From a virus (Duplodnaviria > Caudoviricetes): a stretch of 64,000 bases of DNA. A program made the translations under genes and the position numbers. Of the stretch, positions 36,804 to 48,486 are shown one piece after another (position 1 is the stretch's first letter; every line of letters starts with the position of its first letter). The notes beneath the pieces are model-generated. The model ran no database searches and had not been told where the DNA came from. It was given only the letters and a program-made list of their open reading frames with translations. Location of the stretch: IMG/VR virus record IMGVR_UViG_3300032038_000028, positions 48,853 through 112,852 of that record. One strand, 5' to 3'.

Positions 36804-37629
36804 AGCACTGAGCGTGACGACGTTTGACAACAAGATGTTTGGTACCGTGCGCGGCGGAGAGATCAACGGGAAGCCGTGGTTTGTTGGCAGCGATCTTGCT
36901 GTGTCACTTGGGTACAAGAAACCTGCCAACGCGCTCCGCATGCATGTTCCAGAGAAGCATAAACGTCTGATGCGGCTGGATGATTCAGAGGGTTCTACCC
37001 TAAATCGGGGAGGAACTCCCAGCATGGGCGGCAACCCACACCACACTATCATCGACGAAGCCGGGATGTACCGGCTGATTTTCCACAGCAGGCTCAAGGC
37101 CGCTGACGACTTTGTCGAATGGGTCACGGCCGATGTCCTGCCGACACTGCGCAAGACCGGCACCTACTCGACCGGGGCCAGGCTGATAGCTCCTGATGTA
37201 CAGGCCCTGATGGATGGAAAGACGGACGACGAGATCCGGGTGGCGATGCAGCAGTACAACAACCGGGTAGCCGGAAACGCCAAACGCAAAGCAACCAACG
37301 CGGCAAAGCGGGCCGCCGAACACCTGAGTGATGATCAGATTGTAGTGGCCATCGCCCGGGCGATCAGCTCGAAGCTGTATGGCGGGCGTTTCGGCGAAGG
37401 GACGCTGGCAATGTATGACGTGATCGAGAGCCGGTGCCGGATCCCGCTGCGTGACAGGCAGAGGATGTGGCAGCTGGGGCGCGGCGTCGGAACGCCGTCG
37501 GGGAAGCGGAGCCTGTACTCCTTCATCCTGCCAGAAGAAATCCCGGGCGTGCTGCAGGCACTGACAGCGTACTGCTCGGAGAACGGTGCGGATATCAGCG
37601 GGATTGTCAGCAAGCGGAAGCCGCAGTGA
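36796..37629 (+). CDS. BRO-N domain (antirepressor-like) protein
   Basis: FDNKMFGTVR...PWFVGSDLAVSLGY...IIDEAGMYRLIF.S...FVEWVTADVLPTLRKTGTY. Confidence 0.92.
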   Translation: MSKALSVTTFDNKMFGTVRGGEINGKPWFVGSDLAVSLGYKKPANALRMHVPEKHKRLMRLDDSEGSTLNRGGTPSMGGNPHHTIIDEAGMYRLIFHSRLKAADDFVEWVTADVLPTLRKTGTYSTGARLIAPDVQALMDGKTDDEIRVAMQQYNNRVAGNAKRKATNAAKRAAEHLSDDQIVVAIARAISSKLYGGRFGEGTLAMYDVIESRCRIPLRDRQRMWQLGRGVGTPSGKRSLYSFILPEEIPGVLQALTAYCSENGADISGIVSKRKPQ

Positions 37630-37630
37630 T

Positions 37631-37659
37631 TTGCCAGCCGGAGCCGGATGTGGTATAAT
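37631..37659 (+). promoter_or_regulatory. sigmaA promoter
   Basis: TTGCCA-17 nt-TATAAT with TG extension. Confidence 0.75.
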
Positions 37660-37669
37660 ACAGTCATCA

Positions 37670-37697
37670 CCGGGGACAGACCCCGGGTTTCTTTTTT
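37670..37697 (+). terminator. promoter-proximal intrinsic terminator
   Basis: CCGGGG-ACAGA-CCCCGG followed by GTTTCTTTTTT. Confidence 0.7.
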
Positions 37698-37748
37698 ATT
37701 ACGTCATGCGGTACATCCGCGTGGCGTTTTTATATAAGGAGATCGTAC

Positions 37749-38162
37749 ATGAAGATCATTGACTTCGAGCGCCGCGGCAATGTCGTCCGCCTGTACATCG
37801 GCAACGACGACCTTGTCGAGTGGTGGGGCGACGACTGGAACGACCGCCCCTATGAACACAACGCCGGCCGGGTGTACGACCAGTACGTCGCCGGCCACGT
37901 CGACATCGCCTTCCCGTTTGACTCTCTGGTACTGGAACCCTGCGACGGCGCCTTCAACTCCGAGTACTCCAAGGAAGACATGGTTGCCCGCCGGGTGCCA
38001 TGCCTGATCATCGTGCCGAAGGAAGTGAGCGGCGACAGCTGGTACTGGGAAACCTTCGACCACTGGGTCGGCGCGGATGGGATCACAAAGCTGTACTTCG
38101 GCGACAGGATGGATACCCTGAAGGACGCCGGGATCGGCACGTTACTGGAGTGGTGTGAATGA
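37749..38162 (+). CDS. hypothetical protein
   Basis: WGDDWNDRPYEHNAG motif; AAGGAG SD. Confidence 0.8.
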   Translation: MKIIDFERRGNVVRLYIGNDDLVEWWGDDWNDRPYEHNAGRVYDQYVAGHVDIAFPFDSLVLEPCDGAFNSEYSKEDMVARRVPCLIIVPKEVSGDSWYWETFDHWVGADGITKLYFGDRMDTLKDAGIGTLLEWCE

Positions 38163-41100
38163 CAAAAACTTTCTGTGACCGCTGTGGCCGGGAGATCGAC
38201 CCAAAGATGCATGCCGCCCTCAGGCACCGCGTGCACTACGCAGAGACCTGGCTGTGGACCTTGGCAAACGATGAAATCACGCATGTGCTCTGCCCGAGCT
38301 GCGAGGAGAGCCTGATCTACTGGTTCAACCACGCAGAGACCTGGGTGGTACGTGAAGGCAGAGTGCTAAGTATGTAAAGAATGACCCCTATGCCCACGGA
38401 AGTCTGCGGACGGACCGTGAAAGCTCGACCTCTTCGGAGGCATGAGAAAGGCATCTTCCTGAAAGGAGACATATGGACAGGGAACAGATGATAGCCGGAC
38501 TGCAAAGTCTGGCGGAGAATATCTACTTCGGGCGGACGGTCACGATCCCGGAGTTTACATACCTGGAAATGGCGATCGAGCAGCTGAAGCCGAAACGTGT
38601 GGTGCGTAAGGAGGACATGACGCGGTGCCCGAACTGTAACACGCCGTTCAACGGCTGGAGCGTTTACCGCGCTGACAACTACTGCTGGAAATGCGGACAG
38701 GCGGTGAAGTGGGATGGCTGACACAGAAAAAGCGATATCCCTGCTTCAGCAATGTCTTGACGAACGGCCTTATGCCGCGGTACGGGTTAGTCAGATCATG
38801 TCTTGTATTCAGGAAGCAGTCGAACTGCTGAAAGAGCAGGAAATAATGTCCCCGGATGAATTCAAGGAAAAAATTCTGGGTATGTTTTCTTCGATTTGGG
38901 ACTGTGAAATAGATCATCCTGTTTTCCAAGATAAGGTTGGCGAATTGATGGATGCGGTCGTTGCGCTTTACAGAAAGGCGGTGAAGTGGGAATGACATTC
39001 GGACAGCTTTTCACGGTCATGAATCCTGATGTAAAGGTCAGAGAAAATAGCACTTGCGTGTGGCTTTTCTTCGACGAAGTAAACCATTACACCATAGCAG
39101 CCGAATGGTGGAAGCGAGAAATTCCTGATTATGCAGTTGAACTGCTGAATGAGCCGAAGCCCGTGGTTTACACAACGAGCACGGTGCGGTGCCCGGGGTG
39201 CGGGAAACAGATCACAACCCGGAGAGCCATTCACCCCAAGATCAACTACTGCTGGAAGTGCGGACAGGCGGTGAAGTGGGGTGACTGACAGGAAGAAGGT
39301 TATCAGAGCTGTTGAAACCTGTTTTGACAGCTGGATTGATAAGCACCGAGACATGGGCCTGGATTTGCACAACGTCGAGCGTTTGAAACGCGAAGCACTT
39401 GAGCTGCTGAAGGAACAGGAAGCGGTGAAACCGATAGTTGATCAATGTGCTATTCCACTTACAACATACACTGTACAATTCATAAAAAAGTATTACTGCG
39501 GTATATGCAATGAAGAAATAACCGGGAACAATGTCTACTGTCACAAGTGCGGGAGAAAGGTGAAGTGGGATGAGTGACAGGGAGAAAGCGATCAGGATTC
39601 TCGAAGGGAATTACAAGGATTTCGTGCTTCGCCATAATGGTGAGTTGCTTACAGTAAATAAACTAATCGCGCTGCTGAAAGAGCAGGAGCCGCGGGTGTT
39701 GACGCTGGACGAGGCCGACGCCGCAGAGGTTGTATGGTTTGAGGCGCGTAACCATATATTCATCGAGCCCATGATGACACGCGGGAAGCGGCTCTCTGAT
39801 GAGGCGGCGGACTGGTTTCGATATGGCCGCGACTGGCGATGCTGGTCTGCCCGGCCAACAGATAAGCAGAGGGAGGAGGAACCGTGGGATGAAATTACAG
39901 GTTGACCTGCAGGATCTCCGGTACATGATCAAGGAGAAGTGCGATGATATCATCGCCGACCCCAAGCTCGCGCATGAATTCTTCGACAGGATCTGTGACA
40001 TCGAGGAAGACCAGCGGTTCGAGGAAGTACGCGAGGGCAGGTGGGTACCCCTGACCGGGATGGCGCCACCTGAGTATCATGGGCACAAGATCTGTTCGCT
40101 CTGTGAGTGCTTCGCGCCGTATGACCCGCTGCATATGGGGCATGAAGTGCTGACGAAGTATTGTCCCGGCTGCGGGGCGGAAATGGAGAATGGCACGGAT
40201 GACTGACAGGGAGAAGGTTATCACCGCGCTTCAGCTGGAGCTGGAATACCCGTACTCATGGGAGTGCGCAGCTGAGTGCCCGTACTACGGCAAAACGGAC
40301 TGCGACTGTTTTGCCCAGGTCACCAAGGATGCGATTGAGCTGCTGAAGGAGCAGGAGATAACGGTGCAGCCGGAAAGACGATATCTGAGTATCGACCCGC
40401 ATCTGGATAAATACAGATGTTCGCGGTGCGGAGAACTTGGGTTGCGTTATCTGCAGCGGTTCTGTGGTGGGTGCGGAAAGGAAGTGGACTGGCTTGATCG
40501 TATTTGAACTGACGATGCCGCATTGCGGATCATGGAACGGAAGATGGTCGCAGGCGGAAAGATTACATGTCAGGGTGAAGAGCGAGCGGGACGTTCCGAA
40601 GGCGTATTGGAACAATGAGTTTTATTACCGATGGGATGACGGTTGGACGGCCTGTGTGACGACGCGCCGGTTGAAAGCGAACGAAGCCAGAAAGATCGAG
40701 CGCAGGTCGGATGGTTTCTGTGGTTATGACTGGATGATCCGGAGCATTTGCCGGAAGGGCCTGATCGAGCCGGAGGAGGGGTGAGCGCAGATGACGCCCA
40801 AGAAAATCATTGACGCCTTCGAGCGGTGCATCAGGATCAGTGACGAGGGCCTGCTGGACGCCGACTGCGACGGCTGCCCGTACCAGACAGAGGATTGGGT
40901 TGAGCACGGCTACGCCGCCTGCGGTGAGTTTTCGGACCTGAGCGTGGAGATCCCATGGCAGCTGGCCGACGACATGCTTCAGCTGGTAAAGGAGCGGAAC
41001 GCTCTTACCAAGCATCTGCGCGAAGATCTGGTGATCGCGATGGAGGGGAGAGGATCTGAGGATGAGTAAAGGACTTACCGTGTACGGATATGAGAGCATG

Positions 41101-41750
41101 ATTCAGGAGCTGCTTGACGAAGCGCTGAACGAACTGACGCCGGACGGTTTCGCGAAACTGCTGGACAGTATCAACATGATGCTGGCCGACTATGAGGAGT
41201 GATCGGATGCAGAGGGAGCGGGTTATCGCCGAGCTCAAGGACATCGCGTACCGGGAGCGCGAGTATCTGGCCGAAGTCACCGGGGAGGAGCCCGGGTACA
41301 TCGCCGAGGTGCTGTACATCGCCGCCGAGATGCTGGAGCCGAAGAAGGGGCGCTGGATCCCGGAGCCAGATCGTGGGTGGCACTGGGCATGCAGTGTGTG
41401 CGGGAACGTCGTCGGTCTGGCCGGGCTGATGGGCAACTACTGTGAAAAGTGTGGAGCCGAGATGGAGAAGCTCCCGGTCGATCAGATTTTCCGGAAGGAG
41501 CAGAACGATGTTTGCTGATATTGAGTTTCGCCCGGTGTGCGGTAACTGCGGGAGGATGGTCGACGGTATCGTCGACATCCTCCAGGCGGAGCCTTACTGC
41601 AGCGGAGGCTACAACGTGGTTGACTATCTGATCAAGCCGGCGGAATGCCAGCACTGCGGCGCCCTGTTCCAGAGCATCCGTATGGCGACCAGACTGCCGT
41701 TTGATAACCGAAGTGTGCGCACAGGAGGGGATCTGAATTGGGACGACTGA
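38159..41750 (+). other. cluster of translationally coupled small zinc-ribbon/modular genes
   Basis: ORFs 38159-38377, 38473-38721, 38714-38995, 38992-39288, 39281-39577, 39570-39905, 39889-40206, 40199-40507, 40494-40784, 40791-41069, 41192-41518 and 41508-41750 reuse M(T/S)DREK, ELLKEQE, CxxCG and AVKW blocks. Confidence 0.8.
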
Positions 41751-42106
41751 TAGATGCCGAGGAGCTGAAAGAAATCATCGGCTGTGAAAACGCCGTGAAG
41801 TACGGGAACGCGGACAGAGAGCAGCAGGCCGTCAGCTACGGCACGATGATGATGTACGAAATCAATGACGCGATTGACGTCGCCCCGACTGTTGGCGGCT
41901 GGATCAGCGTCAAGGATAGACTACCTGTACGGCCACCTGATGTTTGTGGTCTTCTTGTTAGGCGGCAGTGGTATTTGGTCGCACTTGAGAGTGGAACCGT
42001 ACTTACACTTGCGTATGAATTTGATGAGGACAGATGGCAAGGTGTCGGCTCTCCTGTCACGCACTGGATGCCGCTGCCGAAACCGCCGGAGAGGAATTCA
42101 CAATGA
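41738..42106 (+). CDS. RLIDA-type / DUF551 protein
   Basis: WISVKDRLP...VTHWMPLP.PP. Confidence 0.85.
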   Translation: MGRLIDAEELKEIIGCENAVKYGNADREQQAVSYGTMMMYEINDAIDVAPTVGGWISVKDRLPVRPPDVCGLLVRRQWYLVALESGTVLTLAYEFDEDRWQGVGSPVTHWMPLPKPPERNSQ

Positions 42107-42462
42107 GACTGATAGATGCTGACGCGCTGAAAAATATGGTACCAGACACTCGTGTGGACATTTTTGAGAATTGTCGCAACTGCGCACTGCTTACAGCAGA
42201 GGACGTGCTGCGGCTGATTGATCGGGCGCCCACCGCCAGCGAATGGGTCAGTGAAAATGACAAGCCGCCGCAAAGTGGGGAACGTTATCTGACGGTCGGC
42301 GCTCGTGGCGTCATGCGGGTGGCAAAGGCCTATGTCCCGGCTCAGGTGATGCCCAACTGGGGCGGTGCCGCGGATTATCACTGGTGGGAATGCGAGGGCA
42401 AACGATGTTCGGTCACTCATTATATGCAGTTGCCCGCTAAGCCGGAGGGGAGTGCGCCATGA
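42103..42462 (+). CDS. RLIDA-type / DUF551-like protein
   Basis: MRLIDAD...WVS...VTHYMQLP. Confidence 0.8.
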   Translation: MRLIDADALKNMVPDTRVDIFENCRNCALLTAEDVLRLIDRAPTASEWVSENDKPPQSGERYLTVGARGVMRVAKAYVPAQVMPNWGGAADYHWWECEGKRCSVTHYMQLPAKPEGSAP

Positions 42463-42794
42463 GACTGATCGATGGGGACGCACTGGTTCATGAATTGACC
42501 GAGCTGATCAGATACAGCACAGGCGAGTACAAACACGGCATTACCGCCGCCCGGTTCGCCGCAATGACGGCGCCTGCTGTCGCCGGCTGGAACACCGGCA
42601 CTCCGAAGGAATCCGGCTGGTACTGGGTGTACGCACCGGACTATACCGGCGGATCGTCAACGCACCGGGAGCACCACGGCGGCATCATGTTTGCAAAGTG
42701 GAACGGAAAGGTATGGAGTATTGAGCGGTGCTATTACAACCGGCCGGGCTGTGTCAAAGCGTGGATGCCGCTGCCGGCCGCACCGGAACAATGA
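42459..42794 (+). CDS. RLIDA-type / DUF551-like protein
   Basis: MRLIDGD...VKAWMPLP. Confidence 0.8.
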   Translation: MRLIDGDALVHELTELIRYSTGEYKHGITAARFAAMTAPAVAGWNTGTPKESGWYWVYAPDYTGGSSTHREHHGGIMFAKWNGKVWSIERCYYNRPGCVKAWMPLPAAPEQ

Positions 42795-42798
42795 ACAT

Positions 42799-42915
42799 GA
42801 GCGGTGGCGGAATAGGTAGACGCTAAGACAAATGCGACGTGGGAACTACGGAGAATGTGCCGTCAGAATTCGAAGGGCATAAGAATTCATGTGAGGTGCA
42901 AATCCTCACCCGCTC
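42799..42915 (+). ncRNA. tRNA-like RNA 2 (no anticodon arm, long insert)
   Basis: Closing stem GAGCGG/CCGCTC; D arm GCG-GAATAGGTAGA-CGC; T arm GTGAGG-TGCAAAT-CCTCAC; intergenic. Confidence 0.78.
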
Positions 42916-44589
42916 TTAACACACAGGAGACCGTCATGAAAGCAATCGTTACTTTTAACTGTCGTCTGGAATTTGATCTCAAGGAGCCGCTCGGAGATAT
43001 GATACCACAGGACGAGCAGGTGAAAGATATGGAGCTGGCTCTAAAGGACGAGCTCGGCTGCAGCCGGGCAGAGGTCATCGGCTATCAGGTCGTGCTTGCA
43101 CCAACAACATGAATACATCCGGTGCCGGCCGCCGGGGAAGGGCTGGCTAAGTGTTATCCGATGGTTGACCGAAAGGCGGTCATAACAGCCGGATTTTTAA
43201 GGAGGTTGCCTATGTGGCTGTTTATTGGCGGATTTTTCACCGGGGTGTTTACGGGTATCCTGATCATTGCACTGGTATCGGCCAACCGGTTTGGCGAAGA
43301 TGAGGAGGTGACGGCGGAATGATGGCGGTTCATATTACATCCCTGCTGATCGGAATCATCGGCGGGCTCTTCATCGGCATGTGCGTTGCCTTCTACGCTA
43401 CCTGGGCGGTTGAACAGCGGGACGAGCTAGAGCGCGGCAATCAGTGGTCGAGAGGCTGGGACATGGGCTGGGAGAGCCGGGGCGAGCATGAGGAGCTGAT
43501 GCGGCTCAAGAAGGACGGAGGGAAAACATGCAGCAGATAGCGGAACTCATGCAGAAAAAGGACATGTTACTGAAGCGCGCTGAGGCTTATAAGGAAAAGC
43601 GCACTGCCGGCGGCCCGTGCATGGCCCTGGCCGACGAATTCGCGTACGACGCTATTGTGGACGAAGCTCATCAGCTCGAGCTCGAGATCGAGGAGCTGAT
43701 GAAACCCCCGCTCGGCGCCAAGCCATACTATATCACCGCATGGAGCAGGATCGGCGAGCTGGCCGAAGCGATCTACAGACAATACGAGGCCGCGAAGGGC
43801 GACCCGGAGCTGGTCAGCCGGTGGGCCGAGGAGATCAGGTGGCAGTGCGCGATGATCCAGTCTCTGCAGGAGGACGAGAACGATGGCTGAGAAATGTCCG
43901 AAGTGCGGGGCGGAGATGGCGATCGGGCAGTTGGAGCTGCGCATGTACGACGGGTATCGGTGGACGAGCGGTGATATCGCCGACTGCCCTGCGTGTAAGA
44001 CGCGTTATGTTGAGGCCGACGGCGACATGAGCCCGCTGCCGGCATGGAAGGAAATCAACGCGCTGTTTGATCTCATATGGTACCAAACCGAAAATCGACT
44101 TCAGCGACATGTGACGGGGCCTTTCCTGTGACCCTTATAAAGTATCCACCACGGCCGTACACCGGCCACCACATTGAGCTGAGGCTTCTCTACGACTATG
44201 CTGACGATACTGCCGCCAAACAGGCGGTGTTTTTTATATAGAGGTCTACCATGCAGGAGCGGGGAATCAGAACTCTGGAGGAGTGGATCTGCTCCTTTGA
44301 CGACCCGGTGTACGTAGCCGGGCTGCTGGCCAGGCTGGGGATCTGCCCGGCGAAGGAGGATACTGATGATGACAACGATGTATGAAGAGATGCTGGCGGC
44401 GCATGCGCCGATCCCGGCGCCACCCTGCGCATTCTGCTCGAAGCACGGCAGAGGCGAGGATGTTTTCGCGAGGAGTGGCGACTGGGCGAGCAACGACCTG
44501 GACATGTACGGCCCGATTCAGTTCTGCCCGCTGTGCGGCAAGCGGCTGAAGGCGTACGCGGTACTGGATAATCTGATGGAGGAAAGACA

Positions 44590-44871
44590 ATGACGAGCAA
44601 TCAGTTTGACATGATAGCAAGGGCGGCTGTCGCGGCAGTGTGCGTACAAAACTACGGCGAGGAGTACGATGCCAGAGACATTCAGGTGGTCTGGTTTGCT
44701 CATGTGCTGGGCAACAAGAAGACGATTATGATCGCTAACGGGCCAAATAACCGCATCTATGAGGTGACCTATAACGCCGCGAAGGATGAGCTGTATGTAG
44801 ATGCCTACAGCAAAACCAGCAACACCGTGGTGCGCGGCGCGTCAGATCTGGTGGCTGCGACGGAGGGATAA
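44590..44871 (+). CDS. DUF6275-like protein
   Basis: VVWF...LGN.K...YEVTYN..KDELYVDAY.K. Confidence 0.75.
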   Translation: MTSNQFDMIARAAVAAVCVQNYGEEYDARDIQVVWFAHVLGNKKTIMIANGPNNRIYEVTYNAAKDELYVDAYSKTSNTVVRGASDLVAATEG

Positions 44872-46708
44872 ATGAACCAGTACGCTGACATCGAGATGGG
44901 CAACCTGCTCTTCGGTCACAGCATGGGCGCGTATAAGTTCCCCGACCGTGAGATCGAAGACGGCGACGAGTGGCTGGCTCTGTTGAATGCGCTGGGGCTG
45001 GATCACTACGGGTATGCAGAGATGGACAACCCTTACGTGAACGACCGCGGCGGCTATGACGACGGCGAGATCTGTATCAACCCCTATTACTGGGGCGACG
45101 ACCCGGACGAAGCCGAGAAGCCCAACTTCCTGGATCGCAGGCTTGGGCTTGAGATCAGATGGTACAAGTACCCGTTCAGGGACGCCTACATGAGCTGGAA
45201 CGCAGACGCGCCGGCTATCAGGAAGTACTTCGGCGCTCTGGCGCTGGCAAAGGCCGCGAAGAATTACCGAGAGGAGTGGGGATATGAAACCTGATCAACT
45301 GGATCTGATCAACGTGCTGATGCAGGTGCCCGCCAGCATCGTCAGGATGAGCCTGACAGCGGAGTATGTAGATGATACCGGGCCGCACACGGCGGACTGC
45401 GTATACAGCGCCAAAGACCTGCGGGGAACGTGGAATGACTTTCTGATGTCGCAGGAGGGATACTTCCGGGATTACCCGCAGCTGCTGGGCGAAGACGCGC
45501 CGATGATACCGGTGATCATCAAGCTGCCCGACATGACCTACCGTGTACAGCTGAGAAACCTGCTGGATGTCAGCGACGACATGGCTGAGGAGCTGCAGAC
45601 GCGAGGCTGCGGGCGACTGATCGAGCGCCGCGAGATCCGTCAGATGCGCAGGGATTTCCTGAACTACGTCCCGGAAGGCGACGAGTACGACGCGGTCTAT
45701 ACGCTGACAGATGATGGCCGCGCAGAGCTGGAGCGGCTGATGAAGGAGGACGACGAATGAAAATGAGAAAGCACAAGCGGATCGTCGGCAGGGTGATGCC
45801 GTACGACCGGGATAAGATGAAAGCGGCGCTGGCTCAGTTCGGCATCGAGATGAGCGATGAACCGATCGGCCCCTACCAGCCGTGGGAGGAAAGGATTCTC
45901 GGTGCGGTCAACGGGCTGCTGGCCAACCACCTGACTTCCGAAAAGGAAGCGATCCTGCAGACGCTGGGCCAGTACAAGGTCTTCTGCTACTGGCTGGAGA
46001 ACAAGCTGCCGCAACTGATCGCCGACAATCCCGGAGCGAGCGGCAGGCTGCTGATGGCCATGGCTGCCCAGAGCTACACGATGGAGATGATGCTGTGGGC
46101 GCAGCGCCGGGATCAGGAGGCGCAGGATAATGGCCCGCTCGGAGGAAGGGAGCGGCCGGCATGGTGAGCTACACGATAGAGGTATGCGGCCTGAGGGTGG
46201 CGAAGCTGATCGCGAAGCTGAAGGCCGAGGACAAATTTTTTCTTACCCATATCCAGGAGGACGACGGGGCACGCACGATCTTCGGAAACGGCTACCTTGT
46301 GTTTATCGTGCCGTTCAAGATCGGCGAAGAGAAAAATCGTAAGACCGGAGAGAGCGTAGTGAAGCTTGTGCAGAGCAGGCTCTGGAGCGATGACGCACAG
46401 CGGCACATGCAATGGGTGCCCCTGCCGAAGGCAGATGAGCTGAAGCCGGGGCGCGACAGGGAATACCCGGTGCGCTGCCATCTGGCGGCGACGGATATGC
46501 TGGCTGCCGAGTGGGCCGCCGAGAACATGCCGTGCGCTACCTACCCGTTTGATGTGCAGGCCAGGTACCTGAAAATGGCGCTGCAGCTGGCGAAGTTCAG
46601 CGGGCAGAAGGACACGCGCTCTGCGTTTAACCCGCTATGTCTGTGGGCGGAAGACGATGACGGCAACGTTATACAGGCGTTCATCATGCCGATGCGGGGT
46701 GACGGGGC

Positions 46709-47026
46709 GTGAATGCTATCAGAGCACAGGAGCTCGCCCCGTGGGCTACCGGCTGGGAACCGATGCCGGACAAGAAGCCGCGGGTCAGGAAGTGCCCGGC
46801 CTGCAAGTCGCCGCCCCTGTGGCGTCACATGCTGCGATGTTACTGGATCGTCTGCACGACATGCGGTCTGAGCACGGCGGCGTTTAAGACCATGGAGGGG
46901 GCGGCCGGCGCGTGGAACATCGGCAGCGAAGAAACCGACCGCGTACAGGGTGAGCTGGAAATCACAGAAGCAACACTGGATGGAATCATTGATCAGGTGA
47001 CGGGGAGAAGCGATGAGGAAGGATAA
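46709..47026 (+). CDS. Lar-like (restriction alleviation family) zinc-ribbon protein
   Basis: CPAC...YWIVCTTCG...A..AWN pattern. Confidence 0.6.
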   Translation: MNAIRAQELAPWATGWEPMPDKKPRVRKCPACKSPPLWRHMLRCYWIVCTTCGLSTAAFKTMEGAAGAWNIGSEETDRVQGELEITEATLDGIIDQVTGRSDEEG

Positions 47027-48486
47027 CGTAATCCCGATTACCGGGGACTGGTACCTCGGGACGGATGGTATGAGCCTGCTGCTGCTGAAGCGGCAGGTGG
47101 TGTCGGCGGAGAAGGCGAAGCGCAAGGAGAACGTCGGCAGGGAGAACTACGTCACGTTCGGCTACTACAGCAGTCTGAAGTCGCTGGCAGCCGGCCTGCA
47201 CCGGTATCTGTCGATCGACGTGCTGATGACCGACGGGCCGAAGACGCTGGAAGACTTCGTCGGAAAGCTGGACGAACGGATACAGAAAATCGCAAAGCTG
47301 GATGAGGCGATGGTACGCAGCCTGACCCAGCGGATAGGAGCATCCAATGAGTGAAGAAATAAAACAGGATCTGCTGGACATCCGGTATTTTGCAGAGCGG
47401 ATGCTGCAGGGCCTTTACAATAACGACCAGAGAGCGCAGGCGGACACGATGTATGAGCTGGCGAAGCTGGTGGCCATTACCTATCACCTTTCGCCGGTGC
47501 CCATCTTCCAGACGCTGATCGCCATCTGGAACGGGTCGACCATCGACCTGCGCGACCGGACTGTCTCGGGCGACGAGACCAGACAGACGGTGTTCAGGAT
47601 CATCGGTGAGATCTTTGGCAAGTACGGGCTGCCCGACCCGGGATACGAGGAGGACGAACTGTGAAGCACTGGTTTTTAACGGCTGTCAGGGGCGAACAGG
47701 AGGACGGCGTACAGTACACGGTCTGCACTCAAAAGTTCTTCATTGACGAAGATCGTATTCTGATAGACCTGGCCGGACTGTTTCAGAACACCGGTGTCGG
47801 GTTGGACAGCTGGCCGCTTCGGGTCTACATCGCAAAGAACAGCGTCGGGATGGTGGACGACAAAGGCGTCCGACGGCCGATGGCTCCGCTCAGTCAGGCT
47901 CAGCAGATTCTGATGGGGGCGCTGGCCGCCGGTTACGGGAATAAGCCGGACATTCAGGACGCCATGGCCTATCTGACGCACCTGCAGAACGTGCTGGCGA
48001 AGAACGCTATGGGTGCCTATGTGGCAGAGGCAGCCAAGGCTCACATCATCAGCCCGTCAGAGGGGGATGATGGCGCATGAGATCGTGTGAAGAGTGCTAC
48101 TGGCGTCTGTCGGGATGCCAGCCGGAAGCAACGGCCTGCGAATACTTCTATCCCATCGCTATTGGCGAAGATCTGACGGAGCCGGAGATTGAATACGACG
48201 CGGGGCCGAATGCCGACGCATGGGGCCGGGCCGGGTTCTCGGTGATCACCATCGCAGAGGAGTGCCGTATGTCAGCAATGGAAATCGAAGTGCCGGTTGG
48301 CAACCCGGAAGGAGATAACGCTGATGAAGTGTGACATCTGCGGGAGGTTGCTCTGGACGAATCACCCCAGAGTGCTGCTGATGGGAGGCCGCGCCGAGGT
48401 TGGCGTACGGCTGGAAGTCTGCGACAGCTGCTACGACAGGATGCTTGCGGTGCAGGGAATACTGAACCAGAAGGTGGTGATGGACG

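Noticed and set aside
35978-42915. Calling the two tRNA-like elements functional tRNA-Leu/Ser or tmRNA
   Set aside because: No 7-nt anticodon loop, a non-canonical T loop, no CCA, and too short for tmRNA
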